NCBI GenBank assembly: GCA_946183985.1
Contig: CAMHDT010000001.1
Span: 1-62,839 of the forward strand
Direction: 5' to 3'
Source of the DNA: an uncultured Prevotella sp.
GTDB lineage: Bacteria > Bacteroidota > Bacteroidia > Bacteroidales > Bacteroidaceae
DNA: 62,839 nucleotides
The notes under the pieces are model-generated. The model was given only the letters and a program-made list of their open reading frames with translations, ran no database searches and was not told the DNA's origin. Every line of letters starts with the position of its first letter. Position 1 is the first letter of the stretch. Of this stretch, positions 1-10,419 are shown one piece after another. The position numbers and the translations under genes are program-made.

Positions 1-1016
1 TCCACCTTCTTCGACTTGATGACCCAACAAACGAACTTCTCAATCTGGGGGATGAACCAGATGAGGATGCTGGCATTGATAACGTTAAAGCCAGAATGGA
101 AAGCGGCCAGCACGAAAGTGAGGTATTTGTCCTTCGGCATACTTTCCATGTCCTTATGGAACATCTCGCTTCCCACATACTTCACGACCCACTCCACACC
201 GTCTACAAACCAATAGAACACTAAGAGAATCCAGATGACGCCAAAGACATTGAAGAACATGTGGGCCAAGGCGGCACGCCGCGCCTGCGTGTTGGCAGAA
301 AGTGCCGCCAGGTTAGAGGTGATGGTGGTGCCGATGTTTTCGCCCAGCACCAATGCAATACCCATGGAGATAGGCATGGCGCCACTGCCGCAGAGCAACA
401 TGGTGATGGCCATGACGGCTGCCGACGACTGCACGCAGAAGGTGAGCACGCCGCCCAAGAGCAGGAAGGCGAAGATGGTCAGGTAGGACTCTTTGGGGAA
501 CCAGGAGAAGAAAGCAATCACATCAGGGTTCTTGCCCAGTTCCATCTGCTGTCCGGTGACGCGCAGGGTGGTGAGTCCCAATAGCAGCAATCCTAAGCCG
601 AAGAGGAAGTCGCCGACATAGCGGTGCTTCTTCATGTAGATGAGAATGATGCCCAGGAAGAATCCTATATAGGAAACAATGCTGATGTCAAACGATGCCC
701 CCAGTGCCATGATCCATGCCGTGAACGTGGTGCCGATGTTGGCACCCATGATGACCGAGATGGCCTGAGCCAGAGTGAGCAGCCCAGCGTTGACAAACGA
801 GACGGTCATCACCGTGGTTGCCGTAGACGACTGTACTGAAGCCGTAACGACAGAACCTGTCAACAATCCCGTAAAGCGGTTGGAAGTCATGGCGCCCAAT
901 GCATGGCGCAACTGCGGACCGGCCATTTTCTGCAAGGCCTCGCTCATTGACTTCATACCAAACATGAGAAGTGCCAGCGAGCCTAGCATTGTGAGAACAA
1001 AAACTGTAGGCGTCAT
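1..1016 (-). CDS. Na+/Pi cotransporter family protein (3' end runs off the window)
   Basis: Manual minus-strand translation from ATG at 1016: MTPTVFVLTMLGSLALLMFGMKSMSEALQ...VQSSTATTVMTVSFVNAG...IMGANIGTT. The QSS and GANIGTT motifs are typical of NptA/SLC34-like transporters. Absent from the ORF track because it is truncated. Confidence 0.9.
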   Translation of the reverse strand, partial: MTPTVFVLTMLGSLALLMFGMKSMSEALQKMAGPQLRHALGAMTSNRFTGLLTGSVVTASVQSSTATTVMTVSFVNAGLLTLAQAISVIMGANIGTTFTAWIMALGASFDISIVSYIGFFLGIILIYMKKHRYVGDFLFGLGLLLLGLTTLRVTGQQMELGKNPDVIAFFSWFPKESYLTIFAFLLLGGVLTFCVQSSAAVMAITMLLCGSGAMPISMGIALVLGENIGTTITSNLAALSANTQARRAALAHMFFNVFGVIWILLVFYWFVDGVEWVVKYVGSEMFHKDMESMPKDKYLTFVLAAFHSGFNVINASILIWFIPQIEKFVCWVIKSKKV

Positions 1017-1103
1017 AAATAAAAAATATTCGTTATGATTATGATTTGGGGGCAAAATTACGAAAAATTACAGAAAAAAACAATATGAATATGATTTTTT
1101 TTG

Positions 1104-1111
1104 TATATTTG
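1104..1111 (+). promoter_or_regulatory. Bacteroidota sigma-A -7 element (TATATTTG) upstream of the nucleoside kinase
   Basis: Matches TAnnTTTG about 50 bp upstream of the ATG at 1162. Confidence 0.65.
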
Positions 1112-1161
1112 CAAACGAACAAACTTAAAACCATACTTAAAATAAGACGATGATATTGTAA

Positions 1162-2820
1162 ATGAAAGACTTGAGGATTATTTGCCAAAACAACCAACAG
1201 GCCTATGATGTTCCCATGGGCTGTTCGCTTCAAGAGGTCTATCAGCAAACAGGCCTCAAGATGGACTACGAGCCCATCATAGCCCGCGTGAACAACAAGG
1301 TAGAAGGCATGCACTTCCGCCTGTATAAGCCGAAGACCATAGAGTTTCTGGATGTAACATCGGCCAGTGGCCAGCGCACCTACACCCGCACGCTCTTTTT
1401 TGTGCTGTGCAAAGCCATGCACGACCTGTATAACCCATGCACCGTGTCGATTGACATACCCGTGAGCAACGGCTACTATGTAGACATGAACATCGGGCAC
1501 CCTGTGACGATAGAAGATGCAGGCCGCATCCGCAGGCGCATGCAGGAAATCATCGATGCAGCCATGCCCATCAAGCGCTATGAGACCACCACCGAGGAAG
1601 CCATACGCATGTTTGAAGAGGGCGGCTCGTACTCGAAGGTGAAATTGCTCAAGAGCCTAGGCTCGCTCTACACCACCTACTACGACCTTGACGGCTATAA
1701 GGACTATTACTACGGTGCCCTGCTCACCAACACCAGACAGATCTATTTGTTCGGATTGGAGAAATATTTCGACGGTCTGCTGCTGCGCATTCCGTCGCGT
1801 GAACATCCTGCCGAACTAGGCGAGATGTCGCATCAAGACAAAATGTTCGGCATTTTCAAAGAACACCACGAATGGCAGGACATCGTGCGGCTGCGCACCA
1901 TCGGCGACCTCAATGAGGTTGTCAAGTTGGGCTATTCATCCATGCTCATCCAGGTGAGCGAGGCTCTACAGGAGAAGAAGATAGCGCAGATAGCCGACGA
2001 GATAGCCAAGCGCAAAGGCGTTAAACTAGTGCTCATAGCAGGGCCGTCGAGCAGTGGAAAGACTACCACCTGCAAGCGTCTGAGCGTGCAACTGGCCGTC
2101 AACGGCATCAAACCGGTGGGCATCTCGCTCGACGATTATTTCCTTGACCGCGAGAAATCGCCACGCGACGAGAAAGGCGACTACGACTTTGAGCATCTCC
2201 ATGCGCTGAACCTGCCACTCATCAACGAACAGTTCACCGCCCTGTTCCGTGGCGAAGAGGTGGAACTGCCGTGCTACGACTTCCCCACCGGACGCTCAAT
2301 GAAGAGCGGGCGCAAACTCCGTCTGGGGCCGAAGGATATTTTGGTGGTAGAGGGCATCCATGCGCTGAACCCTGAACTGACGGCCCAGATACCCGAGGAA
2401 CAGAAGTTCCGCGTCTATGCTTCGGCACTGACCACCATCCTGCTCGACAACCATAACTACATCCCCACCACCGACAACCGGTTACTGCGCCGCATTATCC
2501 GCGACTATAAATACCGTGGCGTGTCGGCACAGGAAACCATCCGCCGGTGGCCGTCGGTGCGCAATGGCGAGAACAAGTGGATCTTCCCCTATCAGGAAAA
2601 CGCCAACCAGATGTTCAACACCGCCATGCTCTTTGAACTGGCCGTGATCAAACGGCAGGCCGAGCCGCTTCTCGAACAGGTGCCCGAAAGTTGTCAGGAG
2701 TATGCCGAGGCCTACAGATTGCGCAAGTTCCTGAAGTATATCAACCCTATCCCAGAAGACCAGATACCGCCCACCTCGCTGCTGCGTGAATTCCTGGGAG
2801 GCTCGTCGTTCAAGTATTGA
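1162..2820 (+). CDS. Nucleoside (uridine/phosphoribulokinase-family) kinase with N-terminal ThrRS-like domain
   Basis: 552 aa with Walker A AGPSSSGKTT, ISLDDYF, VVEGIHALNP and RLLRRIIRD. The N-terminus resembles the TGS/ThrRS N-domain. Confidence 0.88.
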   Translation: MKDLRIICQNNQQAYDVPMGCSLQEVYQQTGLKMDYEPIIARVNNKVEGMHFRLYKPKTIEFLDVTSASGQRTYTRTLFFVLCKAMHDLYNPCTVSIDIPVSNGYYVDMNIGHPVTIEDAGRIRRRMQEIIDAAMPIKRYETTTEEAIRMFEEGGSYSKVKLLKSLGSLYTTYYDLDGYKDYYYGALLTNTRQIYLFGLEKYFDGLLLRIPSREHPAELGEMSHQDKMFGIFKEHHEWQDIVRLRTIGDLNEVVKLGYSSMLIQVSEALQEKKIAQIADEIAKRKGVKLVLIAGPSSSGKTTTCKRLSVQLAVNGIKPVGISLDDYFLDREKSPRDEKGDYDFEHLHALNLPLINEQFTALFRGEEVELPCYDFPTGRSMKSGRKLRLGPKDILVVEGIHALNPELTAQIPEEQKFRVYASALTTILLDNHNYIPTTDNRLLRRIIRDYKYRGVSAQETIRRWPSVRNGENKWIFPYQENANQMFNTAMLFELAVIKRQAEPLLEQVPESCQEYAEAYRLRKFLKYINPIPEDQIPPTSLLREFLGGSSFKY

Positions 2821-2843
2821 AGCAGGAACAGTATAATTTTCCG

Positions 2844-2851
2844 TAACTTTG
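2844..2851 (+). promoter_or_regulatory. -7 promoter element (TAACTTTG) for nrdD
   Basis: TAnnTTTG consensus 40 bp upstream of the ATG. Confidence 0.65.
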
Positions 2852-2890
2852 CAAGCAGTTTTATAGATAACCTCAAAAGCAATTGATTTT

Positions 2891-5122
2891 ATGATACAGA
2901 CCGTAGTGAAGCGCGACGGGCGCATTGTGGGCTTTAACGAACAGAAGGTGATGGCCGCCATCCGCAAGGCCATGATGACCACCGACAAAGGCGAGGATGA
3001 ACGCCTGCTGAACCAGATTACCGACCATGTGGCACAGCGCGGACAGACGCAGATGACCGTGGAGGAAATCCAGGACATGGTGGAACTGGAACTGATGAAG
3101 TCGAGCCGCAAGGATGTGGCACAGAAATACATTGCCTACCGCAACCAGCGCTCCATAGCCCGAAAGGCCAAGACACGCGATGTGTTTCTCGACATCGTGA
3201 ACATCAAGAACAACGACATCACCCGAGAGAATGCCAACATGAATGCCGACACACCGGCAGGCATGATGATGAAGTTCGCATCGGAGACCACCAAACCCTT
3301 CGTCGACGACTACCTGCTCTCGCAGGAAAGCCGCGAGGCTGTGGCCCACAACTATCTGCACATACACGACAAGGACTATTATCCCACCAAGTCGTTCACC
3401 TGCGTGCAGCACCCGCTCGACCATATCCTCACCTGCGGATTCATTGCCGGCCACGGGGCATCGCGACCGGCCAAGCGCATAGAGACAGCGTCGGTGCTGG
3501 CCTGCATCTCGCTGGAATGTGCACAGAACGAGATGCACGGCGGACAGGCCATACCCGCATTCGACTTCTATCTGGCGCCCTTTGTGCGCCTCACGTTCAT
3601 TGAAGAGGTGAAGGCCCTGGAGGAACTCTACGGCGACGACTTCTCGGCCCTCTACAACGAGCCCCTGATAGACTATCTGAAGCAGCCGCTCGACGGTCTG
3701 AAAGGCACCGACCGCGTGCGCCAGCATGCCATCAACAAGACCGTAGGGCGCGTCCACCAGGCCATGGAGGCGTTTATCCACAACATGAACACCATCCATT
3801 CACGCGGCGGCAACCAAGTGGTCTTCTCGTCTATCAACTACGGAACAGACACCTCGGCCGAAGGGCGCTGCGTCATGCGCGAACTGCTGCTCAGCACCTA
3901 CGAAGGCGTGGGCGGCGGCGAAACGGCCATTTTCCCCATACAGATATGGAAAAAGAAACGCGGCGTGAACTATCTGCCCGAAGACCGTAACTTCGACCTC
4001 TACCAGTTGGCATGCAAGGTCACGGCCAGAAGGTTCTTCCCCAACTTCCTGAACCTCGACGCCACATTCAACCAATGCGATGAATGGCGTGCCGACGACC
4101 CGAAACGTTATCTGCACGAGGTGGCCACGATGGGATGCCGCACACGCGTCTTCGAGAACCGCTTCGGGCCGAAGACCAGCATCGGCCGCGGCAATCTCTC
4201 GTTCTCTACCATCAATCTGGTGCGACTGGCACTGGAATGCCGCGACACCAACGATCAGGAACAGCGCATCGGACAGTTCTTTGCCCGCCTCGACCAGATG
4301 CTGGAAACCACCGCCAAGCAGTTGGACGACCGCTTCCAATTTCAGAAAACAGCCTTCACACGCCAGTTCCCATTGCTCATGAAGAGCCTATGGATAGGCG
4401 GCGACAAACTGAAAGCCACCGACACGGTGGAGAGCGTTATCAACCAAGGCACTCTGGGCATCGGCTTCATAGGACTGGCTGAGTGTCTGGTGGCACTCAT
4501 TGGCAAACACCACGGCGAGAGCGAAGAGGCGCAGGCACTCGGTTTGAAGATCATAACGTATATGCGCGACCGGGTGAACGAGTTCTGCAACCGCTACCAT
4601 CACAACTATTCGGTGCTGGCCACACCCGCCGAGGGACTGGCCGGCCGCTTCACTAAGCGCGACCGTAAGGACTTTGGCAGCATTCCAGGCATCACCGACC
4701 GCGACTACTACACCAACTCAAACCACGTGCCAGTATATTACAAGTGCTCCGCACGTCACAAAGCCGAGGTGGAGGCTCCCTATCACGACCTGACCCGAGG
4801 CGGACATATCTTCTACGTAGAGATTGACGGCGACGCCACACACAACCCGCAGGTCATCATGAGCGTGGTCGACATGATGGACCGACTCAACATGGGCTAC
4901 GGATCGGTGAACCACAACCGCAACCGATGCATGGACTGCGGCTACGAGAATGCACAGCAAAACCTGAAAGAATGTCCTCGATGCCACTCAAAGAACATCG
5001 ACCGCCTGCAACGCATCACAGGCTATCTCGTGGGCACTACCGACCGATGGAACAGCGGCAAACTGGCCGAACTGAACGACCGCGTGACACATATCGACGA
5101 CGGCGAACAGCAATTGTTCTGA
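2891..5122 (+). CDS. nrdD: Anaerobic ribonucleoside-triphosphate reductase (class III)
   Basis: N-terminal ATP-cone (VVKRDG), MGCRT, C-terminal CxxC...CxxC zinc site and glycyl-radical motif RITGYL. Confidence 0.97.
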   Translation: MIQTVVKRDGRIVGFNEQKVMAAIRKAMMTTDKGEDERLLNQITDHVAQRGQTQMTVEEIQDMVELELMKSSRKDVAQKYIAYRNQRSIARKAKTRDVFLDIVNIKNNDITRENANMNADTPAGMMMKFASETTKPFVDDYLLSQESREAVAHNYLHIHDKDYYPTKSFTCVQHPLDHILTCGFIAGHGASRPAKRIETASVLACISLECAQNEMHGGQAIPAFDFYLAPFVRLTFIEEVKALEELYGDDFSALYNEPLIDYLKQPLDGLKGTDRVRQHAINKTVGRVHQAMEAFIHNMNTIHSRGGNQVVFSSINYGTDTSAEGRCVMRELLLSTYEGVGGGETAIFPIQIWKKKRGVNYLPEDRNFDLYQLACKVTARRFFPNFLNLDATFNQCDEWRADDPKRYLHEVATMGCRTRVFENRFGPKTSIGRGNLSFSTINLVRLALECRDTNDQEQRIGQFFARLDQMLETTAKQLDDRFQFQKTAFTRQFPLLMKSLWIGGDKLKATDTVESVINQGTLGIGFIGLAECLVALIGKHHGESEEAQALGLKIITYMRDRVNEFCNRYHHNYSVLATPAEGLAGRFTKRDRKDFGSIPGITDRDYYTNSNHVPVYYKCSARHKAEVEAPYHDLTRGGHIFYVEIDGDATHNPQVIMSVVDMMDRLNMGYGSVNHNRNRCMDCGYENAQQNLKECPRCHSKNIDRLQRITGYLVGTTDRWNSGKLAELNDRVTHIDDGEQQLF

Positions 5123-5213
5123 CAAAAGGTTTTCATTTTTCTTCACAAAAGGTTGCACATTTCAATTATATTGCGTACTTTTGCTGACAAATTGTAATAA
5201 CATCAAGACCGTA

Positions 5214-5687
5214 ATGGAAAAAATTGATAACCTTGACAAGAAAATACTGAGCATCTTGTCGAAAAACGCACGCATCCCGTTTAAGGATGTGGCTGCCGAC
5301 TGCAACGTATCACGGGCCGCTGTCCACCAACGCGTTCAACGACTCATCGACATGGGGGTCATCACCGGCAGCGGGTTCAATGTCAACCCCAAGTCATTGG
5401 GCTACCGCACATGCACCTATGTAGGCATCACGCTGGAGCGAGGCTCCATGTATAAGGATGTGGTGAAACGACTGGAACTCATTCCTGAAATCGTGGAGTG
5501 CCATTTCACCACAGGCCCATATACCATGCTGGTGAAACTCTATGCCCGAGACAATGAGCAGTTGATGCATTTGCTCAACGGACAGTTGCAGGAAATACCT
5601 GGCGTGATGGCCACAGAAACCCTTATATCGCTTGAACAGAACATCAAACGCGACATTCCCGTACACTTTGAAGATATTAGCGAATAG
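5214..5687 (+). CDS. Lrp/AsnC family transcriptional regulator
   Basis: MEKIDNLDKKILSILSKNARIPF HTH start and ECHFTTGPY ligand-binding domain. Start set at ATG 5214, downstream of the -7 box TACTTTTG (5176-5183). Confidence 0.93.
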   Translation: MEKIDNLDKKILSILSKNARIPFKDVAADCNVSRAAVHQRVQRLIDMGVITGSGFNVNPKSLGYRTCTYVGITLERGSMYKDVVKRLELIPEIVECHFTTGPYTMLVKLYARDNEQLMHLLNGQLQEIPGVMATETLISLEQNIKRDIPVHFEDISE

Positions 5688-7448
5688 ATGAACAAGTTCG
5701 ACATCAAGGCCCACATGGACTGCATTCACAGTCAGTTCCCACCATCCGAACGCCGACCGGTGATAGGAATTACCGGCAATTATGCCGAACTGACCTGCCG
5801 GCTGGGAGAAGGATACTACAAGCAGGTGATTGCCGCTGGAGGCGTGCCGATGGTCATCCCGCCTTCTGCCGACAAGGCGGTGCTCATCAACACCCTCAAC
5901 AGCATCGACGGACTGCTGCTCAGCGGCGGTGCCGACATCAATCCTTTGTATCAAGGTGAGGAGCCCGATGCACGGCTGGGAGGCATCAACAGCGAGCGAG
6001 ACCTGCCCGAACTGCTTCTTACCCAACTGGCTTATAACCGACAGTTGCCCATACTCGGCATCTGTCGAGGTATCCAGACACTGGCTACGGCACTGGGCGG
6101 CAAGGTCATCCAGGACCTTGTATCAGCCTCATCGGCCAATGGCGGGAACACCGTTATCAAGCATTCGCAGGACGCCGACCGCTCCGAGCCCACTCACAGC
6201 GTGCACCTTGATGCCAAATCCACCTTATTTAATATATATAAGGAATCCGTTATACATGTCAACTCGTTCCACCATCAGGCCGTGGGCGACGCAGGAAAGA
6301 GCCTGCGGGTGACGGCACAGGCTGCCGACGGCGTGATTGAAGCCGTTGAAAGCACCGAGTTCAAGCCCATCATCGGTGTCCAATGGCATCCAGAATGCAT
6401 GGGTGACGATGGTTTGCCGCTGTTCCAGTGGCTGGTAAAAGAGGCGGCACTATTCCGTGAAGTAAAGCGGCTGCACCACCACACGCTGACGCTTGACACC
6501 CATTGCGACACCCCGATGTTTTTTCCACAGGGCATCCATTTTGAACAACGCGACGAGCGCATCCTCGTTGATCTGCACAAGATGAGCGAAGGACGGCTCG
6601 ATGCCTCAATCATGGTGGCCTATTTGCCCCAGAAGAGCAACGAGTGGACCGGACAGCAAGGCGAGAAGAAAGCCTTTGCCGACCGCATCTTCGACAAAAT
6701 CGGCGATATTGTAAGCCACAACAGCCAGTATCTTGCCCTGGCACGGACACCTGCCGACCTGCTGGCCAACAAGCAGGCGGGCCGCAAGAGCATTATGCTG
6801 GGCATAGAAAATGGTCTGGCACTGGAAGACAACCTGCACAACATAGAGCATTTTGCCCGTCGCGGCGTGGTCTACATCACGCTGTGTCACAACGGCGACA
6901 ATGCCATTTGCGACTCTGCCCGCGGCGATTCCACCCACGGCGGTGTGAGCCCTTACGGCCATGAGGTAATTGCCGAGATGAACCGTCTGGGCCTGATGGT
7001 AGACCTGAGCCATGCTCATGAGCGCAGTTTCTACGATGCCCTCGACCTCTCGGCTACACCTATTGTATGTAGCCACAGTTCAGCCCGCGCCCTATGCGAC
7101 CATCCCCGCAACCTTACTGACGACCAGATGCGTGCCCTGGCCAAGAAGGGCGGCGTATGTCAGATAACCCTTTACGGCGGCTTCCTCAATGCCAATCCCT
7201 CCGAAGCCACCATTGTCGATGCCATGCGACACCTGGAGCATGCCATCGAAGTGATGGGGATAGAGCACGTTGGACTGGGCACCGACTTCGACGGCGACGG
7301 CGGCATACGCGGTCTGGCCAGTGCGAGCGAACTGCCCAACTTCACCCGTGAGTTGCTGAAACGCCGCTATAGCGAGGCCGACATCCGCCTGATATGGGGC
7401 GGCAACTTCCTCCGTGTGATGCAACAAGTACAAAGTTCACGACAATGA
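5688..7448 (+). CDS. Peptidase C26 (gamma-glutamyl hydrolase-like GATase) fused to membrane dipeptidase M19
   Basis: The N-half has LLLSGGAD, GICRGIQ, VNSFHHQAV and GVQWHPE. The C-half has DTHCD, GIENG, DLSH, SHS and GLGTDFDG. Confidence 0.9.
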   Translation: MNKFDIKAHMDCIHSQFPPSERRPVIGITGNYAELTCRLGEGYYKQVIAAGGVPMVIPPSADKAVLINTLNSIDGLLLSGGADINPLYQGEEPDARLGGINSERDLPELLLTQLAYNRQLPILGICRGIQTLATALGGKVIQDLVSASSANGGNTVIKHSQDADRSEPTHSVHLDAKSTLFNIYKESVIHVNSFHHQAVGDAGKSLRVTAQAADGVIEAVESTEFKPIIGVQWHPECMGDDGLPLFQWLVKEAALFREVKRLHHHTLTLDTHCDTPMFFPQGIHFEQRDERILVDLHKMSEGRLDASIMVAYLPQKSNEWTGQQGEKKAFADRIFDKIGDIVSHNSQYLALARTPADLLANKQAGRKSIMLGIENGLALEDNLHNIEHFARRGVVYITLCHNGDNAICDSARGDSTHGGVSPYGHEVIAEMNRLGLMVDLSHAHERSFYDALDLSATPIVCSHSSARALCDHPRNLTDDQMRALAKKGGVCQITLYGGFLNANPSEATIVDAMRHLEHAIEVMGIEHVGLGTDFDGDGGIRGLASASELPNFTRELLKRRYSEADIRLIWGGNFLRVMQQVQSSRQ

Positions 7449-8422
7449 CCAAGCCCTTTTTTCTTATTATCCTCATAGCAACACTGTCGATGTTGGCCTG
7501 TAGTGGCACGAAACGACAAGGACAAGACGCCGCAACAACCAAGGAGACGCCTGTGGGGCCAGCCTTTGAGGCCGACTCGGCCTATGCTTTTTGCGAACGC
7601 CAATGTGCATTCGGGCCACGAACCATGAACAGCGAAGCCCATGAGGCATGCGGCCAGTGGATAGCAGCACAGTTTGAACACTACGGGCTGAAGGTCATTG
7701 AGCAGCGGGCCACGCTGCGCGGCTTCGACGGCACACCCCTGAAGAGCACCAATATCATAGCCAGTTACCAGCCAAAAGCACCCGACCGTATCATGATATG
7801 TGCCCACTGGGACAGTCGGCCGTGGGCCGACAACGACCCCGACACGCTAAACCACAGCAAGCCAGTGATGGCCGCCAACGACGGTGCCAGCGGCGTGGCA
7901 GTGATGCTCGAACTGGCTCGTCTGCTGAAGACACAGACCTCACTGCCCATCGGTGTTGACTTTATCTGCTTCGATGCCGAAGACTGGGGCAGCGACGATG
8001 TGCCCGACTCATGGGCACTAGGTGCCCAGCACTGGGCTGCAAACCTGCATCAGCCTGGCTACAAGCCTCGCTATGGCATCCTGCTCGACATGGTGGGCGG
8101 CCGTGGTGCCCGTTTCTATCAAGAAGGGTTTTCGCGGCATTATGCCCCACAGGTGGTGAACCGCGTGTGGCAGGCTGCCGAGGCTGCCGGCTATGGCAGT
8201 TTCTTTCCCAAGGATGCCGGCAATGCCATTACCGACGACCACGGCCCTGTGAACGAGACGGCTCACATTCCCTGCATAGACATCATACCTTACTATCCCG
8301 ACTGTCCTCAGAGTTCATTCGGTCCTACGTGGCATACTGTCAACGACACGATGGAACATATTGACCGCAATACACTGAAGGCCGTAGGACAAACACTGGT
8401 ACAGGTGTTGTTCAATACATAA
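7445..8422 (+). CDS. M28 family lipoprotein, probable glutaminyl-peptide cyclotransferase
   Basis: Lipobox MLAC with motifs CAHWDSRP, ANDGASGVAV, FDAEDWG, LLDMVG, DDH and WHT. ATGA overlap with the upstream stop. Confidence 0.85.
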   Translation: MTKPFFLIILIATLSMLACSGTKRQGQDAATTKETPVGPAFEADSAYAFCERQCAFGPRTMNSEAHEACGQWIAAQFEHYGLKVIEQRATLRGFDGTPLKSTNIIASYQPKAPDRIMICAHWDSRPWADNDPDTLNHSKPVMAANDGASGVAVMLELARLLKTQTSLPIGVDFICFDAEDWGSDDVPDSWALGAQHWAANLHQPGYKPRYGILLDMVGGRGARFYQEGFSRHYAPQVVNRVWQAAEAAGYGSFFPKDAGNAITDDHGPVNETAHIPCIDIIPYYPDCPQSSFGPTWHTVNDTMEHIDRNTLKAVGQTLVQVLFNT

Positions 8423-8456
8423 TACATAATTTATAGTGCATAATAGACCTATTGTT

Positions 8457-9443
8457 ATGGATAAATATTTTGCTGATGAACTTCGCTATGACGGAGGCAT
8501 GACATTTGAACGCTGCGGACGCTCGGGCGTACTGTTGCCAAAGGTATCGCTCGGGTTCTGGCACAACTTCGGAGGTGTGGACGACTACGACCGCTGCCGC
8601 ACCATAGCACGCTATGCCTTTGATCACGGCGTAGTGCATTTCGACCTGGCCAACAACTACGGACCGCCATACGGCTCGGCCGAAGAGACGCTGGGACGGC
8701 TCATGGACGATGATTTCCGACCCTATCGCGACGAACTCTTCATCTCGACTAAGGCTGGCTATGACATGTGGGAAGGCCCCTATGGCAACTGGGGCTCGCG
8801 CAAATATCTCATGGCCTCGCTCGACCAAAGCCTCAAGCGCATGCATCTGGACTATGTAGACCTATTCTACAGCCACCGCTTCGATCCCGACACACCGCTT
8901 GAGGAGACGCTGCAGGCACTGGTCGACATTGTGCGCAGGGGCAAAGCGCTCTATGTGGGCATCTCACGCTGGCCGCTCGAGGCCACACGCTTTGCCTACG
9001 ACTATCTGAAAGAGCGCGATGTGCCGCTACTTATTTATCAGGGCCGTCTCAATCTGCTCGACCGATCGCCACAGGAAGAAGGCATCCTCGACTTCTGTGC
9101 CGATCAGGGTGTGGGTTTCATCTCGTTCTCGCCACTGGCACAGGGACTGCTCACCGACCGCTATCTGAACTGCAAATCGACGGCCGAGGGGAAAGTCAAC
9201 GGCATCCCGCAGGAATCGCGCATGGCCAAGGGCAAGTTCCTCAAGGAGAGCATGCTCACGCCCGAATTGCTGGAGCGCATCCGCGGCTACAACGAACAGG
9301 CACAGCAGCGCGGTGAGACGCTGGCCGAGATGGCCTTGGCATGGATTCTGCAGCAGCGCGGCGTCACCTCGGTGCTGGTGGGTGCCAGCAGTACCGCCCA
9401 GTTGCAGAAGAATCTAAAATGTGTAAATGCAGAGCCGTTTTAA
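8457..9443 (+). CDS. Aldo/keto reductase (YghZ/Gpr-like L-glyceraldehyde-3-phosphate reductase)
   Basis: SLGFWHNFG, FDLANNYGPPYGSAE, STKAGY, SLKRMHLDYVDLFYSHR and FSPLAQGLLT. Confidence 0.92.
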   Translation: MDKYFADELRYDGGMTFERCGRSGVLLPKVSLGFWHNFGGVDDYDRCRTIARYAFDHGVVHFDLANNYGPPYGSAEETLGRLMDDDFRPYRDELFISTKAGYDMWEGPYGNWGSRKYLMASLDQSLKRMHLDYVDLFYSHRFDPDTPLEETLQALVDIVRRGKALYVGISRWPLEATRFAYDYLKERDVPLLIYQGRLNLLDRSPQEEGILDFCADQGVGFISFSPLAQGLLTDRYLNCKSTAEGKVNGIPQESRMAKGKFLKESMLTPELLERIRGYNEQAQQRGETLAEMALAWILQQRGVTSVLVGASSTAQLQKNLKCVNAEPF

Positions 9444-9469
9444 GTAAAAATAAATCATCTGGTATTAAA

Positions 9470-10282
9470 TTGAAACAGATACTACTCATCAACGATATTG
9501 CCGGCTATGGCAAGGTGGGCATGGCTGCCATGCTGCCCATCCTCAGTTATATGCGCATACCAGCCTATAACCTGCCCACATCGTTGGTGTCAAACACGCT
9601 GGACTATGGCGAGTTTACCCAACAGGACACCACCGAGTATATGCGGCAGACACTTCCCATCTGGAAACGACTGGGCTTCCATTTCGACGCCATCTGCACC
9701 GGACTTATGTTCAGCGAAGAGCAGGCCCGACTCGTGGCAGGCTTCTGCCAGGAACAGGCTCAGACAGGCTGCACAGTGTTTGTAGACCCTGTGTGTGGTG
9801 ACGGCGGCCGACTCTACCACGGCATCGGCGAGCAGCAGGTGGAACTGATGCGGCAGATGGTGAGCGTGGCTCACCTCACCTTTCCCAACTATACCGAGGC
9901 GTGCTATCTGACCCATACACCCTACAAACCCGAGGGACTGACACGCGAAGAAGCCTGTCGACTACTCGACCAACTGACGAGCATCGGCGCCCGCTCGGCA
10001 CTGATTACCAGTTGCATCGTTGACGGCAAGAACCAAGTGTGTGGCTATAACCACTACGATCAGTCGTACTTCTTCCTCGAATATGAGGAGATACCCGGCC
10101 TGTTCCACGGCACGGGCGACATCTTTTCGGCCGTTCTCATTGGCCATCTGCTCAACGGACAGACACTGGTACAAAGCACACGCACAGCCATGGATGTGGT
10201 GTTTAAGATGATTGACCGCAACCGCGACACCGAAGACCGCAACCGCGGCATCCTCATTGAGCGCTGCCTCGACCTGCTGTAA
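9470..10282 (+). CDS. Pyridoxal/pyridoxamine kinase (PfkB-like)
   Basis: INDIAGYGKVG, VFVDPVCGDGG, PNYTEA and HGTGDIFSAVL. Probable TTG start at 9470. Confidence 0.88.
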   Translation: MKQILLINDIAGYGKVGMAAMLPILSYMRIPAYNLPTSLVSNTLDYGEFTQQDTTEYMRQTLPIWKRLGFHFDAICTGLMFSEEQARLVAGFCQEQAQTGCTVFVDPVCGDGGRLYHGIGEQQVELMRQMVSVAHLTFPNYTEACYLTHTPYKPEGLTREEACRLLDQLTSIGARSALITSCIVDGKNQVCGYNHYDQSYFFLEYEEIPGLFHGTGDIFSAVLIGHLLNGQTLVQSTRTAMDVVFKMIDRNRDTEDRNRGILIERCLDLL

Positions 10283-10355
10283 GAATCCTCAATTCAAGCA
10301 TAACCTCTCGAAACTGGCTGTCTGTTCATTTGGGAGGCACAGAATGTTTACACGA

Positions 10356-10419
10356 GTTTCGACTCTATCTAGGACAAAATCAGAGATGTTTCGACTCTAT
10401 CTAGGACAAAATCAGAGAT
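10356..10419. repeat. Perfect 32-bp tandem duplication at the junction of convergent genes
   Basis: GTTTCGACTCTATCTAGGACAAAATCAGAGAT at 10356-10387 and 10388-10419. The second copy contains the stop codon of the WbqC-like gene. Confidence 0.95.

Noticed and set aside
2891..5122. Intein or intron in nrdD (also checked gyrB)
   Set aside because: Both ORFs are of ordinary length with contiguous motifs and no splicing signatures.
5688..7448. C26-M19 peptidase fusion as a novelty
   Set aside because: To my knowledge this fusion is common in Bacteroidales annotations.
7445..8422. Glutaminyl cyclase plus many signal peptides followed by Gln
   Set aside because: Consistent with the established Bacteroidota Q-rule; confirmatory, not new.
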